Part shown: one piece after another, positions 48,101-62,300 of the stretch
Position numbering within the stretch: the first letter of the stretch is position 1
Layout: every line of letters begins with the position of its first letter
From: Eledone cirrhosa
Lineage: Eukaryota
Length of the DNA stretch: 64,000 nt
Assembly (NCBI GenBank): GCA_964016885.1
Contig: OZ024740.1
Span: 9,734,001 to 9,798,000, forward strand
Reading direction: 5' to 3'
Program-made: the position numbers and the translations under genes
Notes under the pieces: model-generated
What the model saw: only the letters and a program-made list of their open reading frames with translations
Databases searched by the model: none
What the model was told of the DNA's origin: nothing

Positions 48101-50699
48101 TGGTAGTCTTGTGGTTGATGTGACCACTGGTCATCTGGTTTAGGCTTGTCACCAGACTGAGAGAGGGGTGCTGGTGGTAGTCTTGTGGTTGATGTGACCA
48201 CTGGTCATATGGTCTAGGCTTGTCACCAGACTGAGAAAGGGATGCTGGTGGTAGTCTTGTGGTTGATGTGACCACTGGTCATCTAGTATAGGTTTGTCAC
48301 CAAACTGAGAGAGAGGTGCTGGTGGTAGTCGTCTGGTTGATGTGACCACTGGTCATCTGGTTTAGGTTTGTCACCAGACTGAGAGAGGGGTGCTGGTGGT
48401 AGTCGTGTGGTTGATGTAACCACTGGTCATCTGGTTTAGGTTTGTCACCACACTGAGAGAGGGGTGCTGGTGGTAGTCTTGTGGTTGATGTGACCACTGG
48501 TCATCTGGTGTAGGTTTGTCACCAGACTGAGAGAGGGGTGCTGGTGATAGTCTTGTGGTTGACGTGACCACTGGTCATCTGGTTTAGGCTTGTCACCAGA
48601 CTGAGAGAGGGTTTCTGGTGGTAGTCTTGTGGTTGATGTGACCACTGGTCATCTGGTTTAGGTTTGTTACCAGACTGAGAGAGAGGTGCTGGTGGTAGTC
48701 TTGTGGTTGATGTCGCCACTGGTCATCTGGTTTAGGCTTGTCACCAGACTGAAGGAGGGGTGCTCGTGGTAGTCTTGCGGTTGATGTGACCACTGGTCAT
48801 CTGGTTTAGGCTTGTCACCAGACTGAGAGAGGGTTTCTGGTGGTAGTCTTGTGGTTGATGTGACCACTGGTCATCTGGTTTAGGCTTGTCACCAGACTGA
48901 GAGAGAGGTGCTGGTGGTTGTCTTGTGGTTGATGTGACCTCTGGTCATCTGGTTTAGGTTTTGCACCAGACTGAGAGTGGGGTGCTGGTGATAGTCTTGT
49001 GGTTGATGTGACCACTGGTCATCTGGTTTAGGCTTGTCACCAGACTGAGAGAGGGTGCTGGTGGTAGTCTTGTGGTTGATGTGACCACTGGTCATCTGGT
49101 TTAGGCTTGTCACCAGACTGAGAGAGGGGTGCTGGTGGTAGTCTTGTGGTTTATGTGACCACTGGTCATCTGGTTTAGACTTGCCACCAGACTGAGAAAG
49201 GGGTGCTGGTGGTAGTCTTGTGGTTGATGTGACCACTGGTCATCTGGTTTAGGCTTGTCACCAGACTGAGAGTGAGGTGCTGGTGGTAGTCTTGTGGTTG
49301 ATGTGACCACTGGTCATCTGGTTTAGGTTTGTCACCAGACTGAGAGAGGGGTGGTGGTGGTGGTCTTGTGGTTGATGTGACCACTGGTCATCTGGTTTAG
49401 GTTTGTCACCAGACTGAGAGAGGGGTGCTGGTGGTAGTCTTGTGTTTGATGTGACCACTGGTCATTTGGTTTAGGTTTGTCACCAGACTGAGAGAGGGGT
49501 GCTGGTGGTAGTCTTGTGGTTGATGTGACTACTGGTCATCTGGTTTAGGCTTGTCACCAGACTGAGAAAGGGGTGCTGGTGGTAGTCTTGTGGTTGATGT
49601 GACCACTGGTCATCTGGTTTAGGCTTGTCACCAGACTGAGAGTGAGGTGCTGGTGGTAGTCTTGTGGTTGATGTGACCTCTGGTCATCTGGTTTAGGCTT
49701 GTCACCAGACTGAGAGAGAGGTGCTGGTGGTAGTCTTGAGGTTGATGTGACCACTGGTGTTCTGGTTTAGGTTTGTCACCAGACTGAGAAAGGGGTGCTG
49801 GTGGTAGTTTGTGGTTGATGTGACCACTGGTCATCTGGTTTAGGCTTGTCACCAGACTGAGAGTGAGGTGCTGGTGGTAGTCTTGTGGTTGATGTGACCT
49901 CTGGTCATCTGGTTTAGGCTTGTCACCAGACTGAGAGAGAGGTGCTGGTGGTAGTCTTGAGGTTGATGTGACCACTGGTGTTCTGGTTTAGGTTTGTCAC
50001 CAGACTGAGAAAGGGGTGCTGGTGGTAGTTTGTGGTTGATGTGACCACTGGTCATCTGGTTTAGGCTTTTCACCGGACTGAGAGAGGTGTGCTGGTGGTA
50101 GTCTTGTGGTTGATGTGACCACTGGTCATCTGGTTTAGGCTTGTCACCAGACTGAGAGAGAGGTGCTGGTGGTAGTCTTGTGGTTGATGTGACCACTGGT
50201 CATCTGGTTTAGGCTTGTCACCAGACTGAGAGAGGGTTAATGGTGGTAGTCTTGTGGTTGGTGTGACCTCTGGTCATCTGGTTTAGGCTTGTCACCAGAC
50301 AGAGAGAGGTGCTGGTGTTAGTCGTGTGGTTGATGTGACCACTGGTCATCTGGTTTAGGTTTGTCACCAGACTGAGAGAGGGGTGCTGGTGGTAGTCTTG
50401 CGGTTGATGTGACCACTGGTCATCTAGTCTAGGTTTGTCACCAGACTGAGAGAGAGGTGCTGGTGGTAGTCGTGTGGTTGATGTGATCTCTGGTCATCTG
50501 GTTTAGGCTTGTCACCAGACTGAGAGAGGAGTGCTGGTGGTAGTCTTGCGGTTGATGTGACCACTGGTCATCTAGTCTAGGTTTGTCACCAGACTGAGAG
50601 AGAGGTGCTGGTGGTAGTCTTGCGGTTGATGTGACCACTGGTCATCTGGTTTAGGTATGTTTACCAGACTGAGAGAGGGGTGCTGGTTGTAGTCTTGTG

Positions 50700-53600
50700 G
50701 TTGATGTGACCACTGGTCATCTGGTTTAGGTTTGTCACCATACTGAGAGAGGGGTGCTTGTGGTAGTCTTGTGGTTGATGTGACCACTGGTCATCTGGTT
50801 TAGGTTTGTCACCATACTGAGAGAGGGGTGCTGGTGGTAGTCTTGTGGTTGATGTGACCACTGGTCAACTGGTTTAGGTTTGTCACCAGACTGAGAAAGG
50901 GGTGGTGGTGATAGTCTTGTGGTTGATGTGACCACTGGTCATCTGGTTTAGGTTTGTCACCAGACTGAGAAAGGGGTGCTGGTGGTAGTCTTGTGGTTGA
51001 CGTGACCACTGGTCATCTGGTTTAGGCTTGTCACCAGACTGAGAGAGAAGTGCTGGTGGTAGTCTTGTGGTTGATGTGACCACTGGTCATCTGGTTTAAG
51101 CTTGTCACCAGACTGAGAGAGAGGTGCTGGTGGTAGTCTTGTGGTTGATGTGACCACTGGTCATCTGGTTTAGGCTTGTCACCAGAGTGAGAAAGGGGTG
51201 CTGGTGGTAGTCTTGTGGTTGATGTGACCACTGGTCATCTGGTTTAGGCTTGTCACTAGACTGAGAGTGGGGTGCTGGTGGTAGTCTTGTGGTTGATGTG
51301 ACCACTGGTCATCTGGTTTAGGCTTGTCACCAGACTGAGAGAGAGGTGCTGGTGGTAGTCTTGTGGTTGATGTGACCACTGGTAATCTGGTTTAGGCTTG
51401 TCACCAGACTGAGAGAGAGGTGCTGGTGGTAGTCTTGTGGTTGATGTGACCACTGGTCATCTGGTTTAAGCTTGTCACCAGACTGAGAGAGAGGTGCTGG
51501 TGGTAGTCTTGTGGTTGATGTGACCACTGGTCATCTGGTTTAAGCTTGTCACCAGACTAAGGAAGGGGTGCTGGTGGTAGTCTTTTGGTTGATGTGACCA
51601 CTGGTCATCTGGTCTAGGCTTGTCACCAGACTGAGAGAGAGGTGCTGGTGGTAGTCTTGTGGTTGATGTGACCACTGGTCATCTGGTTTAGGCTTGTCAC
51701 CAGACTGAGAGAGAAGTGCTGGTGGTAGTCTTGTGGTTGATGTGACCACTGGTCATCTGGTTTAGGCTTGTCACCAGACTGAGAGAGAGGTGCTGGTGGT
51801 AGTCTTGTGGTTGATGTGACCACTGGTCATATGGTGTAGGCTTGTCACCAGACTGAGAAAGGGATGCTGGTGGTAGTCTTGTGGTTGATGTGACCACTGG
51901 TCATCTAGTATAGGTTTGTCACCAGACTGAGAGAGGGGTGCTGGTGGTAGTCGTGTGGTTGATGTAACCACTGGTCATCTGGTTTAGGTTTGTCACCACA
52001 CGGAGAGAGGGGTGCTGGTGGTAGTCTTGTGGTTGATGTGACCACTGGTCATCTGGTGTAGGTTTGTCACCAGACTGAGAGAGAGGTGCTGGTGGTAGTC
52101 TTGAGGTTGATGTGACCACTGGTGTTCTGGTTTAGGTTTGTCACCAGACTGAGAAAGGGGTGCTGGTGGTAGTCTTGTGGTTGATGTGACCACTGGTCAT
52201 CTGGTTTAGGCTTTTCACCGGACTGAGAGAGGTGTGCTGGTGGTAGTCTTGTGGTTGATGTGACCACTGGTCATCTGGTTTAGGCTTGTCACCAGACTGA
52301 GAGAGAGGTGCTGGTGGTAGTCTTGTGGTTGATGTGACCACTGGTCATCTGGTTTAGGCTTGTCACCAGACTGAAGGAGGGGTGCTCGTGGTAGTCTTGT
52401 GGTTGATGTGACCACTGGTCATCTGGTTTAGGCTTGTCACCAGACTGAGAGAGGGTTTCTGGTGGTAGTCTTGTGGTTGATGTGACCACTGGTCATCTGG
52501 TTTAGGCTTGTCACCAGACTGAGAGAGAGGTGCTGGTGGTTGTCTTGTGGTTGATGTGACCTCTGGTCATTTGGTTTAGGTTTTGCACCAGACTGAGAGT
52601 GGGGTGCTGGTGATAGTCTTGTGGTTGATGTGACCACTGGTCATCTGGTTTAGGCTTGTCACCAGACTGAGAGAGGGTGCTGGTGGTAGTCTTGTGGTTG
52701 ATGTGACCACTGGTCATCTGGTTTAGGCTTGTCACCAGACTGAGAGAGGGGTGCTGGTGGTAGTCTTGTGGTTTATGTCACCACTGGTCATCTGGTTTAG
52801 ACTTGTCACCAGACTGAGAGAGGGGTGCTGGTGGTAGTCTTGTGGTTGATGTGACCACTGGTCATCTGGTTTAGGCTTGTCACCAGACTGAGAGAGGGGT
52901 GCTGGTGGTAGTCGTGTGGTTGATGTGACCACTGGTCATCTGGTTTAGGCTTGTCACCAGACTGAGAGAGAGGTGCTGGTGGTAGTCTTGCGGTTGATGT
53001 GACCACTGGTCATCTGGTTTAGGCTTGTCACCAGACTGAGAGAGAGGTATTGGTGGTAGTCTTGTGGTTGATGTGACCACTGGTCATCTGGTTAGGCTTG
53101 TCACCAGACTGAGAGAGGGGTGCTGGTGGTAGTCGTGTGGTTGATGTGACCACTGGTCATCTGGTTTAGGCTTGTCACCAGACTGAGAGAGAGGTGCTGG
53201 TGGTAGTCTTGCGGTTGATGTGACCACTGGTCATCTGGTTTAGGCTTGTCACCAGACTGAGAGAGAGGTATTGGTGGTAGTCTTGTGGTTGATGTGACCA
53301 CTGGTCATCTGGTTTAGGCTTGTCACCAGACTGAGAGAGAGGTGCTGGTGGTAGTCGTGTGGTTGATGTGACCACTGGTCATCTGGTTTAGGCTTGTCAC
53401 CAGACTGAGAGAGAGGTGCTGGTGGTAGTCTTGCGGTTGATGTAACCACTGGTCATCTGGTTTAGGCTTGTCACCAGACTGAGAGAGAGGTATTGGTGGT
53501 AGTCTTGTGGTTGATGTGACCACTGGTCATCTGGTTTAGGCTTGTCACCAGACTGAGAGAGAGGTATTGGTGGTAGTCTTGTGGTTGATGTAACCACTGG

Positions 53601-56600
53601 TCATCTGGTTTAGGCTTGTCACCAGACTGAGAGAGAGGTATTGGTGGTAGTCTTGTGGTTGATGTGACCACTGGTCATCTGGTTTAGGCTTGTCACCAGA
53701 CTGAGAGAGAGGTATTGGTGGTAGTCGTGTGGTTGATGTGACCACTGGTCATCTGGTTTAGGCTTGTCACCAGACTGAGAGAGGGGTGCTGGTGGTAGTC
53801 TTGCGGTTGATGTGACCACTGGTCATCTAGTCTAGGTTTGTCACCAGACTGAGAGAGAGGTGCTGGTGGTAGTCTTGTGGTTGATGTGACCACTGGTCAT
53901 CTGGTTTAGGCTTGTCACCAGACTGAGAGAGAGGTATTGGTGGTAGTCTTGTGGTTGATGTGACCACTGGTCATCTGGTTTAGGCTTGTCACCAGACTGA
54001 GAGAGGGGTGCTGGTGGTAGTCTTGCGGTTGATGTGACCACTGGTCATCTAGTCTAGGTTTGTCACCAGACTGAGAGAGAGGTGCTGGTGGTAGTCTTGT
54101 GGTTGATGTGACCTCTGGTCATCTGGTTTAGGCTTGTCACCAGACTGAGAGAGGGTTACTGGTGGTAGTCTTGTGGTTGGTGTGACCTATGGTCATCTGG
54201 TTTAGGCTTGTCACCAGACTGAGAGAGAGGTGCTGGTGTTAGTCGTGTGGTTGATGTGACCACTGGTCATCTGGTTTAGGTATGTTTACCAGACTGAGAG
54301 AGGGGTGCTGGTTGTAGTCTTGTGGTTGATGTGACCACTGGTCATCTGGTTTAGGTTTGTCACCATACTGAGAGAGGGGTGCTTGTGGTAGTCTTGTGGT
54401 TGATGTGACCACTGGTCATCTGGTTTAGGTTTGTCACCATACTGAGAGTGGGGTGCTGGTGGTAGTCTTGTGGTTGATGTGACCACTGGTCAACTGGTTT
54501 AGGTTTGTCACCAGACTGAGAAAGGGGTGCTGGTGATAGTCTTGTGGTTGATGTGACCACTGGTCATCTGGTTTAGGTTTGTCACCAGACTGAGAAAGGG
54601 GTGCTGGTGGTAGTCTTGTGGTTGACGTGACCACTGGTCATCTGGTTTAGGCTTGTCACCAGACTGAGAGAGAAGTGCTGGTGGTAGTCTTGTGGTTGAT
54701 GTGACCACTGGTCATCTGGTTTAGGCTTGTCACCAGACTGAGAGAGAGGTGCTTGTGGTAGTCTTGTGGTTGATGTGACCACTGGTCATCTGGTTTAGGC
54801 TTGTCACCAGAGTGAGAAAGGGGTGCTGGTGGTAGTCTTGTGGTTGATGTGACCACTGGTCATCTGGTTTTAGCTTGTCACCAGACTGAGAAAGGGGTGC
54901 TGGTGGTAGTCTTTTGGTTGATGTGACCACTGGTCATCTGGTCTAGGCTTGTCACCAGACTGAGAGAGAGGTGCTGGTGGTAGTCTTGTGGTTGATGTGA
55001 CCACTGGTCATCTGGTTTAGGCTTGTCACCAGACTGAGAGAGAAGTGCTGGTGGTAGTCTTGTGGTTGATGTGACCACTGGTCATCTGGTTTAGGCTTGT
55101 CACCAGACTGAGAGAGAGGTGCTGGTGGTAGTCTTGTGGTTGATGTGACCACTGGTCATATGGTCTAGGCTTGTCACCAGACTGAGAAAGGGATGCTGGT
55201 GGTAGTCTTGTGGTTGATGTGACCACTGGTCATCTAGTATAGGTTTGTCACCAAACTGAGAGAGAGGTGCTTGTGGTAGTCGTCTGGTTGATGTGACCAC
55301 TGGTCATCTGGTTTAGGTTTGTCACCAGACTGAGAGAGGGGTGCTGGTAGTAGTCGTGTGGTTGATGTAACCACTGGTCATCTGGTTTAGGTTTGTCACC
55401 ACACTGAGAGAGGGGTGCTGGTGGTAGTCTTGTGGTGGATGTGACCACTGGTCATCTGGTGTAGGTTTGTCACCAGACTGAGAGAGGGGTGCTGGTGATA
55501 GTCTTGTGGTTGATGTGACCACTGGTCATCTGGTTTAGGTTTGTTACCAGACTGAGAGAGAGGTGCTGGTGGTAGTCTTGTGGTTGATGTGACCACTGGT
55601 CATCTGGTTTAGGCTTGTCACCAGACTGAAGGAGGGGTGCTCGTGGTAGTCTTGTGGTTGATGTGACCACTGGTCATCTGGTTTAGGCTTGTCACCAGAC
55701 TGAGAGAGGGTTTCTGGTGGTAGTCTTGTGGTTGATGTGACCACTGGTCATCTGGTTTAGGCTTGTCACCAGACTGAGAGAGAGGTGCTGGTGGTTGTCT
55801 TGTGGTTGATGTGACCTCTGGTCATCTGGTTTAGGTTTTGCACCAGACTGAGAGTGGGGTGCTGGTGATAGTCTTGTGGTTGATGTGACCACTGGTCATC
55901 TGGTTTAGGCTTGTCACCAGACTGAGAGAGGGTGCTGGTGGTAGTCTTGTGGTTGATGTGACCACAGGTCATCTGGTTTAGGCTTGTCACCAGACTGAGA
56001 GGGGTGCTGGTGGTAGTCTTGTGGTTTATGTGACCACTGGTCATCTGGTTTAGACTTGCCACCAGACTGAGAAAGGGGTGCTGGTGGTAGTCTTGTGGTT
56101 GATGTGACCACTGGTCATCTGGTTTAGGCTTGTCACCAGACTGAGAGTGAGGTGCTGGTGGTAGTCTTGTGGTTGATGTGACCACTGGTCATCTAGTATA
56201 GGTTTGTCACCAGACTGAGAGAGGGGTGCTGGTGGTAGTCGTGTGGTTGATGTAACCACTGGTCATCTGGTTTAGGTTTGTCACCACACGGAGAGAGGGG
56301 TGCTGGTGGTAGTCTTGTGGTTGATGTGACCACTGGTCATCTGGTGTAGGTTTGTCACCAGACTGAGAGAGAGGTGCTGGTGGTAGTCTTGAGGTTGATG
56401 TGACCACTGGTGTTCTGGTTTAGGTTTGTCACCAGACTGAGAAAGGGGTGCTGGTGGTAGTCTTGTGGTTGATGTGACCACTGGTCATCTGGTTTAGGCT
56501 TTTCACCGGACTGAGAGAGGTGTGCTGGTGGTAGTCTTGTGGTTGATGTGACCACTGGTCATCTGGTTTAGGCTTGTCACCAGACTGAGAGAGAGGTGCT

Positions 56601-59600
56601 GGTGGTAGTCTTGTGGTTGATGTGACCACTGGTCATCTGGTGTAGGTTTGTCACCAGACTGAGAGAGAGGTGCTGGTGGTAGTCTTGAGGTTGATGTGAC
56701 CACTGGTGTTCTGGTTTAGGTTTGTCACCAGACTGAGAAAGGGGTGCTGGTGGTAGTCTTGTGGTTGATGTGACCACTGGTCATCTGGTTTAGGCTTTTC
56801 ACCGGACTGAGAGAGGTGTGCTGGTGGTAGTCTTGTGGTTGATGTGACCACTGGTCATCTGGTTTAGGCTTCTCACCAGACTGAGAGAGAGGTGCTGGTG
56901 GTAGTCTTGTGGTTGATGTGACCACTGGTCATCTGGTTTAGGCTTGTCACCAGACTGAAGGAGGGGTGCTCGTGGTAGTCTTGTGGTTGATGTGACCACT
57001 GGTCATCTGGTTTAGGCTTGTCACCAGACTGAGAGAGGGTTTCTGGTGGTAGTCTTGTGGTTGATGTGACCACTGGTCATCTGGTTTAGGCTTGTCACCA
57101 GACTGAGAGAGAGGTGCTGGTGGTTGTCTTGTGGTTGATGTGACCTCTGGTCATTTGGTTTAGGTTTTGCACCAGACTGAGAGTGGGGTGCTGGTGATAG
57201 TCTTGTGGTTGATGTGACCACTGGTCATCTGGTTTAGGCTTGTCACCAGACTGAGAGAGGGTGCTGGTGGTAGTCTTGTGGTTGATGTGACCACTGGTCA
57301 TCTGGTTTAGGCTTGTCACCAGACTGAGAGAGGGGTGCTGGTGGTAGTCTTGTGGTTTATGTCACCACTGGTCATCTGGTTTAGACTTGTCACCAGACTG
57401 AGAGAGGGGTGCTGGTGGTAGTCTTGTGGTTGATGTGACCACTGGTCATCTGGTTTAGGCTTGTCACCAGACTGAGAGAGGGGTGCTGGTGGTAGTCGTG
57501 TGGTTGATGTGACCACTGGTCATCTGGTTTAGGCTTGTCACCAGACTGAGAGAGAGGTGCTGGTGGTAGTCTTGCGGTTGATGTGACCACTGGTCATCTG
57601 GTTTAGGCTTGTCACCAGACTGAGAGAGAGGTATTGGTGGTAGTCTTGTGGTTGATGTGACCACTGGTCATCTGGTTAGGCTTGTCACCAGACTGAGAGA
57701 GGGGTGCTGGTGGTAGTCGTGTGGTTGATGTGACCACTGGTCATCTGGTTTAGGCTTGTCACCAGACTGAGAGAGAGGTGCTGGTGGTAGTCTTGCGGTT
57801 GATGTGACCACTGGTCATCTGGTTTAGGCTTGTCACCAGACTGAGAGAGAGGTGCTGGTGGTAGTCGTGTGGTTGATGTGACCACTGGTCATCTGGTTTA
57901 GGCTTGTCACCAGACTGAGTGAGGGGTGCTGGTGGTAGTCTTGCGGTTGATGTGACCACTGGTCATCTAGTCTAGGTTTGTCACCAGACTGAGAGAGAGG
58001 TGCTGGTGGTAGTCTTGTGGTTGATGTGACCTCTGGTCATCTGGTTTAGGCTTGTCACCAGACTGAGAGAGGGTTACTGGTGGTAGTCTTGTGGTTGGTG
58101 TGACCTATGGTCATCTGGTTTAGGCTTGTCACCAGACTGAGAGAGAGGTGCTGGTGTTAGTCGTGTGGTTGATGTGACCACTGGTCATCTGGTTTAGGTA
58201 TGTTTACCAGACTGAGAGAGGGGTGCTGGTTGTAGTCTTGTGGTTGATGTGACCACTGGTCATCTGGTTTAGGTTTGTCACCATACTGAGAGAGGGGTGC
58301 TTGTGGTAGTCTTGTGGTTGATGTGACCACTGGTCATCTGGTTTAGGTTTGTCACCATACTGAGAGTGGGGTGCTGGTGGTAGTCTTGTGGTTGATGTGA
58401 CCACTGGTCAACTGGTTTAGGTTTGTCACCAGACTGAGAAAGGGGTGCTGGTGATAGTCTTGTGGTTGATGTGACCACTGGTCATCTGGTTTAGGTTTGT
58501 CACCAGACTGAGAAAGGGGTGCTGGTGGTAGTCTTGTGGTTGACGTGACCACTGGTCATCTGGTTTAGGCTTGTCACCAGACTGAGAGAGAGGTGCTGGT
58601 GGTAGTCTTGTGGTTGATGTGACCACTGGTCATCTGGTTTAGGCTTGTCACCAGACTGAGAGAGAGGTGCTTGTGGTAGTCTTGTGGTTGATGTGACCAC
58701 TGGTCATCTGGTTTAGGCTTGTCACCAGAGTGAGAAAGGGGTGCTGGTGGTAGTCTTGTGGTTGATGTGACCACTGGTCATCTGGTTTTAGCTTGTCACC
58801 AGACTGAGAAAGGGGTGCTGGTGGTAGTCTTTTGGTTGATGTGACCACTGGTCATCTGGTCTAGGCTTGTCACCAGACTGAGAGAGAGGTGCTGGTGGTA
58901 GTCTTGTGGTTGATGTGACCACTGGTCATCTGGTTTAGGCTTGTCACCAGACTGAGAGAGAAGTGCTGGTGGTAGTCTTGTGGTTGATGTGACCACTGGT
59001 CATCTGGTTTAGGCTTGTCACCAGACTGAGAGAGAGGTGCTGGTGGTAGTCTTGTGGTTGATGTGACCACTGGTCATATGGTCTAGGCTTGTCACCAGAC
59101 TGAGAAAGGGATGCTGGTGGTAGTCTTGTGGTTGATGTGACCACTGGTCATCTAGTATAGGTTTGTCACCAAACTGAGAGAGAGGTGCTTGTGGTAGTCG
59201 TCTGGTTGATGTGACCACTGGTCATCTGGTTTAGGTTTGTCACCAGACTGAGAGAGGGGTGCTGGTAGTAGTCGTGTGGTTGATGTAACCACTGGTCATC
59301 TGGTTTAGGTTTGTCACCACACTGAGAGAGGGGTGCTGGTGGTAGTCTTGTGGTGGATGTGACCACTGGTCATCTGGTGTAGGTTTGTCACCAGACTGAG
59401 AGAGGGGTGCTGGTGATAGTCTTGTGGTTGATGTGACCACTGGTCATCTGGTTTAGGTTTGTTACCAGACTGAGAGAGAGGTGCTGGTGGTAGTCTTGTG
59501 GTTGATGTGACCACTGGTCATCTGGTTTAGGCTTGTCACCAGACTGAAGGAGGGGTGCTCGTGGTAGTCTTGTGGTTGATGTGACCACTGGTCATCTGGT

Positions 59601-62300
59601 TTAGGCTTGTCACCAGACTGAGAGAGGGTTTCTGGTGGTAGTCTTGTGGTTGATGTGACCACTGGTCATCTGGTTTAGGCTTGTCACCAGACTGAGAGAG
59701 AGGTGCTGGTGGTTGTCTTGTGGTTGATGTGACCTCTGGTCATCTGGTTTAGGTTTTGCACCAGACTGAGAGTGGGGTGCTGGTGATAGTCTTGTGGTTG
59801 ATGTGACCACTGGTCATCTGGTTTAGGCTTGTCACCAGACTGAGAGAGGGTGCTGGTGGTAGTCTTGTGGTTGATGTGACCACAGGTCATCTGGTTTAGG
59901 CTTGTCACCAGACTGAGAGGGGTGCTGGTGGTAGTCTTGTGGTTTATGTGACCACTGGTCATCTGGTTTAGACTTGCCACCAGACTGAGAAAGGGGTGCT
60001 GGTGGTAGTCTTGTGGTTGATGTGACCACTGGTCATCTGGTTTAGGCTTGTCACCAGACTGAGAGTGAGGTGCTGGTGGTAGTCTTGTGGTTGATGTGAC
60101 CACTGGTCATCTGGTTTAGGTTTGTCACCAGACTGAGAGAGGGGTGGTGGTGGTGGTCTTGTGGTTGATGTGACCACTGGTCATCTGGTTTAGGTTTGTC
60201 ACCAGACTGAGAGAGGGGTGCTGGTGGTAGTCTTGTGTTTGATGTGACCACTGGTCATTTGGTTTAGGTTTGTCACCAGACTGAGAGAGGGGTGCTGGTG
60301 GTAGTCTTGTGGTTGATGTGACCACTGGTCATCTGGTTTAGGCTTGTCACCAGACTGAGAGTGAGGTGCTGGTGGTAGTCTTGTGGTTGATGTGACCTCT
60401 GGTCATCTGGTTTAGGCTTGTCACCAGACTGAGAGAGAGGTGCTGGTGGTAGTCTTGAGGTTGATGTGACCACTGGTGTTCTGGTTTAGGTTTGTCACCA
60501 GACTGAGAAAGGGGTGCTGGTGGTAGTCTTGTGGTTGATGTGACCACTGGTCATCTGGTTTAGACTTTTCACCGGACTGAGAGAGGTGTGCTGGTGGTAG
60601 TCTTGTGGTTGATGTGACCACTGGTCATCTGGTTTAGGCTTGTCACCAGACTGAGAGAGAGGTGCTGGTGGTAGTCTTGTGGTTGATGTGACCACTGGTC
60701 ATCTGGTTTAGGCTTGTCACCAGACTGAGAGAGGGGTGCTGGTGGTAGTCTTGCGGTTGATGTGACCACTGGTCATCTAGTCTAGGTTTGTCACCAGACT
60801 GAGAGAGAGGTGCTGGTGGTAGTCTTGCGGTTGATGTGACCACTGGTCATCTGGTTTAGGCTTGTCACCAGACTGAGAGAGAAGTGCTGGTGGTAGTCTT
60901 GTGGTTGATGTGACCACTGGTCATCTGGTTTAGGCTTGTCACCAGACTGAGAGAGAGGTGCTGGTGGTAGTCTTGTGGTTGATGTGACCACTGGTCATAT
61001 GGTCTAGGCTTGTCACCAGACTGAGAAAGGGATGCTGGTGGTAGTCTTGTGGTTGATGTGACGACTGGTCATCTGGTTTAGGTTTGTCACCATACTGAGA
61101 GAGGGGTGCTTGTGGTAGTCTTGTGGTTGATGTGACCACTGGTCATCTGGTTTAGGTTTGTCACCATACTGAGAGAGGGGTGCTGGTGGTAGTCTTGTGG
61201 TTGATGTGACCACTGGTCAACTGGTTTAGGTTTGTCACCAGACTGAGAAAGGGGTGCTGGTGATAGTCTTGTGGTTGATGTGACCACTGGTCATCTGGTT
61301 TAGGTTTGTCACCAGACTGAGAAAGGGGTGCTGGTGGTAGTCTTGTGGTTGACGTGACCACTGGTCATCTGGTTTAGGCTTGTCACCAGACTGAGAGAGA
61401 AGTGCTGGTGGTAGTCTTGTGGTTGATGTGACCACTGGTCATCTGGTTTAGGCTTGTCACCAGACTGAGAGAGAGGTGCTGGTGGTAGTCTTGTGGTTGA
61501 TGTGACCACTGGTCATCTGGTTTAGGCTTGTCACCAGAGTGAGAAAGGGGTGCTGGTGGTAGTCTTGTGGTTGATGTGACCACTGGTCATCTGGTTTAGG
61601 CTTGTCACTAGACTGAGAGTGGGGTGCTGGTGGTAGTCTTGTGGTTGATGTGACCACTGGTCATCTGGTTTAGGCTTGTCACCAGACTGAGAGAGAGGTG
61701 CTGGTGGTAGTCTTGTGGTTGATGTGACCACTGGTAATCTGGTTTAGGCTTGTCACCAGACTGAGAGAGAGGTGCTGGTGGTAGTCTTGTGGTTGATGTG
61801 ACCACTGGTCATCTGGTTTAAGCTTGTCACCAGACTGAGAGAGAGGTGCTGGTGGTAGTCTTGTGGTTGATGTGACCACTGGTCATCTGGTTTAAGCTTG
61901 TCACCAGACTAAGGAAGGGGTGCTGGTGGTAGTCTTTTGGTTGATGTGACCACTGGTCATCTGGTCTAGGCTTGTCACCAGACTGAGAGAGAGGTGCTGG
62001 TGGTAGTCTTGTGGTTGATGTGACCACTGGTCATCTGGTTTAGGCTTGTCACCAGACTGAGAGAGAAGTGCTGGTGGTAGTCTTGTGGTTGATGTGACCA
62101 CTGGTCATCTGGTTTAGGCTTGTCACCAGACTGAGAGAGAGGTGCTGGTGGTAGTCTTGTGGTTGATGTGACCACTGGTCATATGGTCTAGGCTTGTCAC
62201 CAGACTGAGAAAGGGATGCTGGTGGTAGTCTTGTGGTTGATGTGACCACTGGTCATCTAGTATAGGTTTGTCACCAAACTGAGAGAGAGGTGCTGGTGGT
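50700..62300. repeat. Mosaic of recent block duplications (offsets 4,288/4,584, 3,918 and 10,352)
   Basis: ~51900-53230 recurs at ~56190-57815 (markers 'cacacggag' and the 1-bp deletion 'ggttaggc'). ~53960-56195 recurs at ~57880-60113 (markers 'gacctatgg', 'accacagg'). ~50740-51910 recurs at ~61090-62260 (markers 'ggtaatc', 'actaaggaagg'). Confidence 0.88.
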